From Candidatus Falkowbacteria bacterium (GTDB taxonomy: Bacteria > Patescibacteriota > Patescibacteriia > Patescibacteriales > WJLG01), in contig CAVVFV010000008.1 in the NCBI GenBank assembly GCA_963747695.1, positions 75,592-139,591 on the forward strand: a DNA stretch of 64,000 nt, written 5' to 3'. The notes under the pieces are model-generated. The model was not told the DNA's origin. It saw only the letters and a program-made list of their open reading frames with translations, and did not search any database. Position 1 is the first letter of the stretch; every line of letters begins with the position of its first letter. The translations under genes and the position numbers were made by a program. Positions 24,201-30,200 of this stretch are shown in pieces.

Positions 24201-27200
24201 GCCACGCCACTACCACGATCAGCGGTTTGACTTCCAATGTCAATTACGTCTTTAATGTCTGGGCTTATGATCTTTTCGGCAACAAGTCTTCGAGCTCGCC
24301 GGAATTTACGACCAAGACTCCCATCGGGCCGACCGGTTCGATCAATTCCGCCGCCGAAGCGACCGATGGTTCCGATCGAATCAATATTTCCATCACCGCC
24401 AATGATCCCGAGGGCTTGGATACCCGCGCCAAACTGGAATATTTCACCAATCCCGGCTGCACCGGCACCGCGCATAAACCTACCCTTGACGAAGATCCTT
24501 CGTCGATTACCGCCTCGACCGGCACGCCGGCGATCCAAAATAAAAATACTTACCAGATCGGCACCAGCACCGGCTATATCAGCACGGACCGCGGCGCCAA
24601 TACGGTGAACTTTGTCTGGCTCTCGGGAGCCGATCTCTCCGGCAGCGAAGGAACTTATTGCCTGCGCCTGACGGTTAATAACGGATCTTACGATTCGCTA
24701 TCGACCACCACTCCTTTATATATTGATGACAAAGCGCCGACCGGCTTGGGGAATCTGACCGTCAACAAAAAAGTCGGCACCAGCGCAATCTTGAATTACG
24801 GTTCGGCGGCCACGGAAGCCAACTTCTCCCGCTATCGGATTTTCTATAAGATCGGCACTCCGCCGGTGGTGGAAACCGATAACGAACAGATCGATGCGAA
24901 CTTGAATCTTCAGAATTATAATAATAAAGCCACTACCACTATTTCCGGATTGGCCGCGGGCAATTGGTACGCGGCCAATATCTGGGCTTATGACGATTAC
25001 GGCAATAAGGCCAGCGCCACGCCGGTCAGTTTCAAGATTAATCAGAAACCGGACGATCCCAGCGATTTGCAGCAAGCCGAAAGCGACGGTACGCCGATTC
25101 CTGTCGGTACGGTAATCAACGGCTCGACGGTAAAACTGCGGGCCAATGTCGTGGATACCGATTCGACCAGCACGACTTTTTATTTCCAATTGCTTGGTAA
25201 TGGCGCCGATTATTCCACCGATACCACGGTGCCGGGATCAGCCTGCGCCGACAATACCGCCTTCGGTTCCTGCGCGAACAATATCTGGTCGGTCGCCACA
25301 TCCTCGAGTCCGTCCGATTGGTATAATTCCGGCTGGCACTATCGCCGTCTCGTCACTGTCGATCACTCCCAAGTGGCCGGCGATCTTTCCGGTTTCCCGG
25401 TTCTGATCTCCGCGCCAGCCGATGCCGACCTGGCGGCCAAGGCCCGCGCCGATGGACGCGATATCATCTTCACCTCAGCTGACGGCCGGACGCTGCTCGA
25501 CTTTTCCAAAGAAAATTATAATCCCACCACCGGCGAATACGAATTCTGGGTCAAGTCCGATCTTTCTGCTACGGCGGACACCTTCCTTTATATGTATTAC
25601 GGCAATCCCGCCGTGGCGACCGATCTGGTTTCGACACAAACCTGGAACAGCGATTACGCGGCGGTTTGGCATTTGGCGGAAACGGGGACTGGATCGCGCG
25701 CCGACGCGACGGAAAACGGAAATAATGCGGCGGCCGTTAATTTTGACGGCAGCGAAAAAGATCGGCCGGGCATAATTGACGGAGCCGATGATTTTAATAG
25801 CGCCGATAAATTTTTACAAGCGCCGGATTCGGCCAGTTTATCGATCACCGGCGGTTTGACCGTTTCCGGTTGGATCAATCCGGACACTGTCGCCGTCGAC
25901 AGTTTGCAGGCCGGCGGTTATCCGCGCTATCAATTCGTGGGAATGAAATGGCACGCGGACGGCGGCGCGGATTGTACTCCGGACGGGAATTTCAATCCGG
26001 CGATGATCAATCCTTATGCCGGCGCCACCTATGGCAGCGATGCCTGGACTAACGGTTCGTCCTGGAAAGTTTATGATACGAGTTTGTCCTCGGTTTATTA
26101 TCAGTCTGACCAATATTCGGTCGACTTGAATAAACTTTGGGGCAACACGGCGGCCGATTCCGAAGCTTACCTTGGCGCCTATGTTTATTCGCCGGATGAT
26201 CGTACGGTCGATATTTCCCGCGGTTCGGATGACGGCAGCGAAATGTGGGTGAACGGCCATTTGGTCGCGGCTGATTGCCAGAATCATTTGTTCGCCGCCG
26301 ACGCTTTAGTCAGCTCGGTTAATTTAAAACAAGGCTGGAATACCATCGTGGTCAGAGTCGCGAACGGCAGCGGCGATTGGGTGGGCGAGTGGAGGATTTC
26401 GGCCAATGCGAGCGGATTATCAACTTTGGCTAATCCGAAAATAATCGTCGACAAACAAAATTATCAAGTGTCACAGAAGGGGAGCGATCTCTCGGTGTTT
26501 TACGGCACCACTAGTCTCGATACCATCATCGCTACCAACAGCTGGCAGTATTTTGTCATGAAGGGCGACAATTATCATTTGGATCTTTTATTGAACGGCC
26601 AAAACCGCGGCAGCCAAACTTTCTCGGTGGTTTCTCCCGCCACCGACCAACCGTTGCGATTAGGGTACGGCTTTGACGGCCGCTTGGATGAGATCAATAT
26701 CGAGAATCAGGTAGCCAGCGTTCCTTGGGTAACCACGGCTTATCGTAATCAGAACGATCCGGGTTCATTCGCGAGCGTCGGTTCCCCGGAAGGAAGAACC
26801 GGCATGGGAGCGCAAATATCCGTCAACAGTTTGCCCGATTCCGCGGCTGGTTACAAATGGCAAGTGATGGTTTGCGACGAGGAGAATGCCTGCTCGGGAT
26901 GGACTAAGTTCAACGATGCCGCGCCCCATTTTCTCGTTTCAGGAAACGGTCCGTCCGTACCCGGAGCGCTCACCTTGCACAGCAAAACTTCGCATAGCTT
27001 GACCTTGAATTTCGGCGCGCCGAGCAATACCGGTTTCTTCAAGCAATATAAAATATTCTATAAAGCCGGATCGAGCGGCGTAACCGAAGGTGATTCGCTC
27101 TGGGGCTCAAGTTCTGACGCTAACCTGGCCTACATTGATTATAACGGCGCGGGCTCAACCACTATCACTAATTTGTCGGCCGACACCCAATATGTTTTCA

Positions 27201-30200
27201 ATATCTGGGCCTATGATTCGGCCGGACGCCGCGCCAGCTCAAGGACCGAATTGACCGCGACCACCAACGCTCCCCCGACAGCGAGTTTTTCGGCCGCCGC
27301 GGAAAAAACCGACGGTTCGGGCCGCGTTCATCTTTCCATCATCGCTAATGATGTTAATCAGGATAATTTAAAAGCTAAATTGGAATTCTTCGCCAATCCC
27401 CGCTGCGTGGGCGCGCCTTTCCCGACCACTTTGGATGAAACTGATTATACCGCTACCTCCACTTATGGCGATGCCAAAATCAGCAATAGCAACGCTTATC
27501 AGATCGGTAATCCGAGCGGCTGGATCATTACCGCCGCCGGAGCCAACACGGTCAATTTCGATTGGTTATCGACGATCGATCTGCCCGCTGGTAACAGCGT
27601 CTATTGTCTGCGTTTGACCGCCAACGACGGGATCGAAGACCAAACAATACCGGCCACCACTTCTTTGATAATCGATAATGTCAAACCGACTCAACCCGGC
27701 GCCTTAACTTTGGGCAAAAGAGGATCGGCTTATCTGGAACTTCTCTTTGGCGCGCCGACGCAGGAAACCAATTTCCAGAGATATCGCATCTTCTATAAAC
27801 AGGGGACGGGCGTAACTGAGCACGACTCGGAAATAACCGATACTAATCTCGCCTACATTAATTATAATGGCGCGGCCACGACCACCGCGACCGGTTTGAC
27901 CGGCGGTAAACCATATAGTTTTAAGATTTTCGCTTACGACGACTTTGGCCACGAATCCAGTTCGACTGAAACCACTTATTCCACCGATCATTTGCCGACC
28001 GGGTTCTTCAATTCGGCCGCCGAAGAAACCAACGGCAACGGCGTAGTTGATATTTCTCTGACCGCCGCCGACCCTGACGGTGATCCTGCGTCGGCCCAGC
28101 TGCAATATTTTGCCGATGCCGCCTGCCATGGTACGCCGCTCGACCCGACTTTGAATAATGCCAGTTCCACGATCGCGGCGACTTTCGGCCATCCGGACAT
28201 CAATAATAGTGAGACTTATCAACTGGGCGATGCCTCCCGCATCATTACCGTTACCGGACCGAATACGGTCAACTTTACCTGGCTCTCCGGACTGGATCTG
28301 CCGGCCGGCGACGGAATTTATTGCCTGCGGCTCGTGGTCAATGACGGAAAAAATGATCAAGGAGCAGCGGCCACTACCAGCTTAGTGATCGATAATGCCG
28401 CTCCGACCGTTCCCGGCAATCTTTCAGTTTCCCGCGTCAACGGCGATTATGTCTTCTTAAAATTCGGCGCGGCGGCGACCGATTCGCATTTCCGCGAGTA
28501 CAAGATATTTTATCAAGTCGGTACCGACACGGTCACCGAGGCCGATTTGGCGATGACTAAATCCCTCGATTATAATTTGGGATTTGCGGATTATAATGGC
28601 CGGGCGACCACTGCCGTGGCCAATCTGAACGCGCAGGCGGAATATTCGTTTAACATTTGGGCTTACGATAATTACGGCAATAAATCCGCGGCATTGCAGC
28701 AGGTTTCCACTACAACTTATAGCAGTTCGGGCGCAACTTGGCGCGAAGCTGAAGATACGGTTGATCCGACTAATATCCTTTATCTGGGCAAAGAAAAACC
28801 GGTCCGGGTGAGAATCAGCGTTGCCAACCTCGGCGATTGGTCCGCTACCGATCAATATAAGATCCAATACGCGCCGAAGGTAGACAGCTGCGCCAATGTG
28901 GTTTCTTGGCTTGATGTGCCGACCACGACGGCCACCGACGATTTTACCATGATCGACTCCAGTTATTTCTTCAATGGCGAGCCGACCGTGCAGCGTTTAA
29001 ATAATACCGAAGGGTATAATTTCGTGCCGGGCAGTCTGATCAAGGCCTTGAGCAACCAAAGCGCCTCGACGACTTTAGGAACCAATGAGTATACGGAATT
29101 GGAATATGCTTTCCAGGCGACCGCCAACGCCACGGCCGGAGCGACTTATTGCTTCCGCGTCTTGAAGAACGGCCAGGTGCTCGACGCTTACACGCGCTAT
29201 CCGGAACTGACTTTGTCTCCGCCGCCTGAGAGTTCCTTCTCAAGCGCCCAGGAAAAAGGCGACGGCTCGAATGCAGTCCGGGTGGCGTTGAATGTTTCTC
29301 ATCCGGCCGGATACCCGACCCAAGTCAAATTGGAATATGCCGCCAATTCTTCCTGCGATTTCAGTTCGCCGCTCAAGCCGACTTTGAATACTGATCCGGT
29401 TTCGGTCTCGGCGACTTACGATCATCCCGATCTTAATAATAATGAAACTTATCAAATCGGTTCCAGCACGGGCAATATGATTATTACTTCCCTTGGGACG
29501 AATACCGTGGCTTTCGATTGGCCGACCCGCGATGATTTTACCGGCGTGGATCAAACTTATTGTTTGCGGGCCACCGCCTACGATGGTTATGATGATCAAG
29601 CCGTCCCGGCGACGACCACGGTAGTGATCGATCAGGTCAAGCCGACCAATCCCGGTGATTTGGCTACCACCAGCAAAACCACCGGTTCAGTCACCTTGGC
29701 TTTTGGTTCAGCTTCCTTTGATACGCACTTCAAGGAGTATCGTATATATTATAAGGTAGGCAGCTCGAGCGTTACCGAAAATGATTCGCTCTGGGGTTCC
29801 TCTTCCGATCCTAATCTCGGCTACATTAATTATAATGGCGCGGCCACCACGACCGTGACCGGCTTATTGCCTAACAAACAATATGTTTTCCGCATTTGGG
29901 CTTATGATGAATACGGCAACAAATCAAGTTCTTCGGATGAAATTTCCGTCTATCTCTTCAGTACCAAGCGGTCGGGCGGTCCGTGGCGCTGGTATCAGGA
30001 TCAATATGACGAAACTCCGCAAATTCCGCTGGCTGCCGAAAACGTGACGCCGAACAATATCACTGATGATCAAATCCTTAAATTAAGAATGGATTTCCAG
30101 GAAATCCAAGGACTTGACGCGCTCAATACCAAGATCAGGTTGCAGTATTCCACTTATTCCGATTTTTCGGCGGACGTGAATTGGGTAGGGGAGATCGGTT

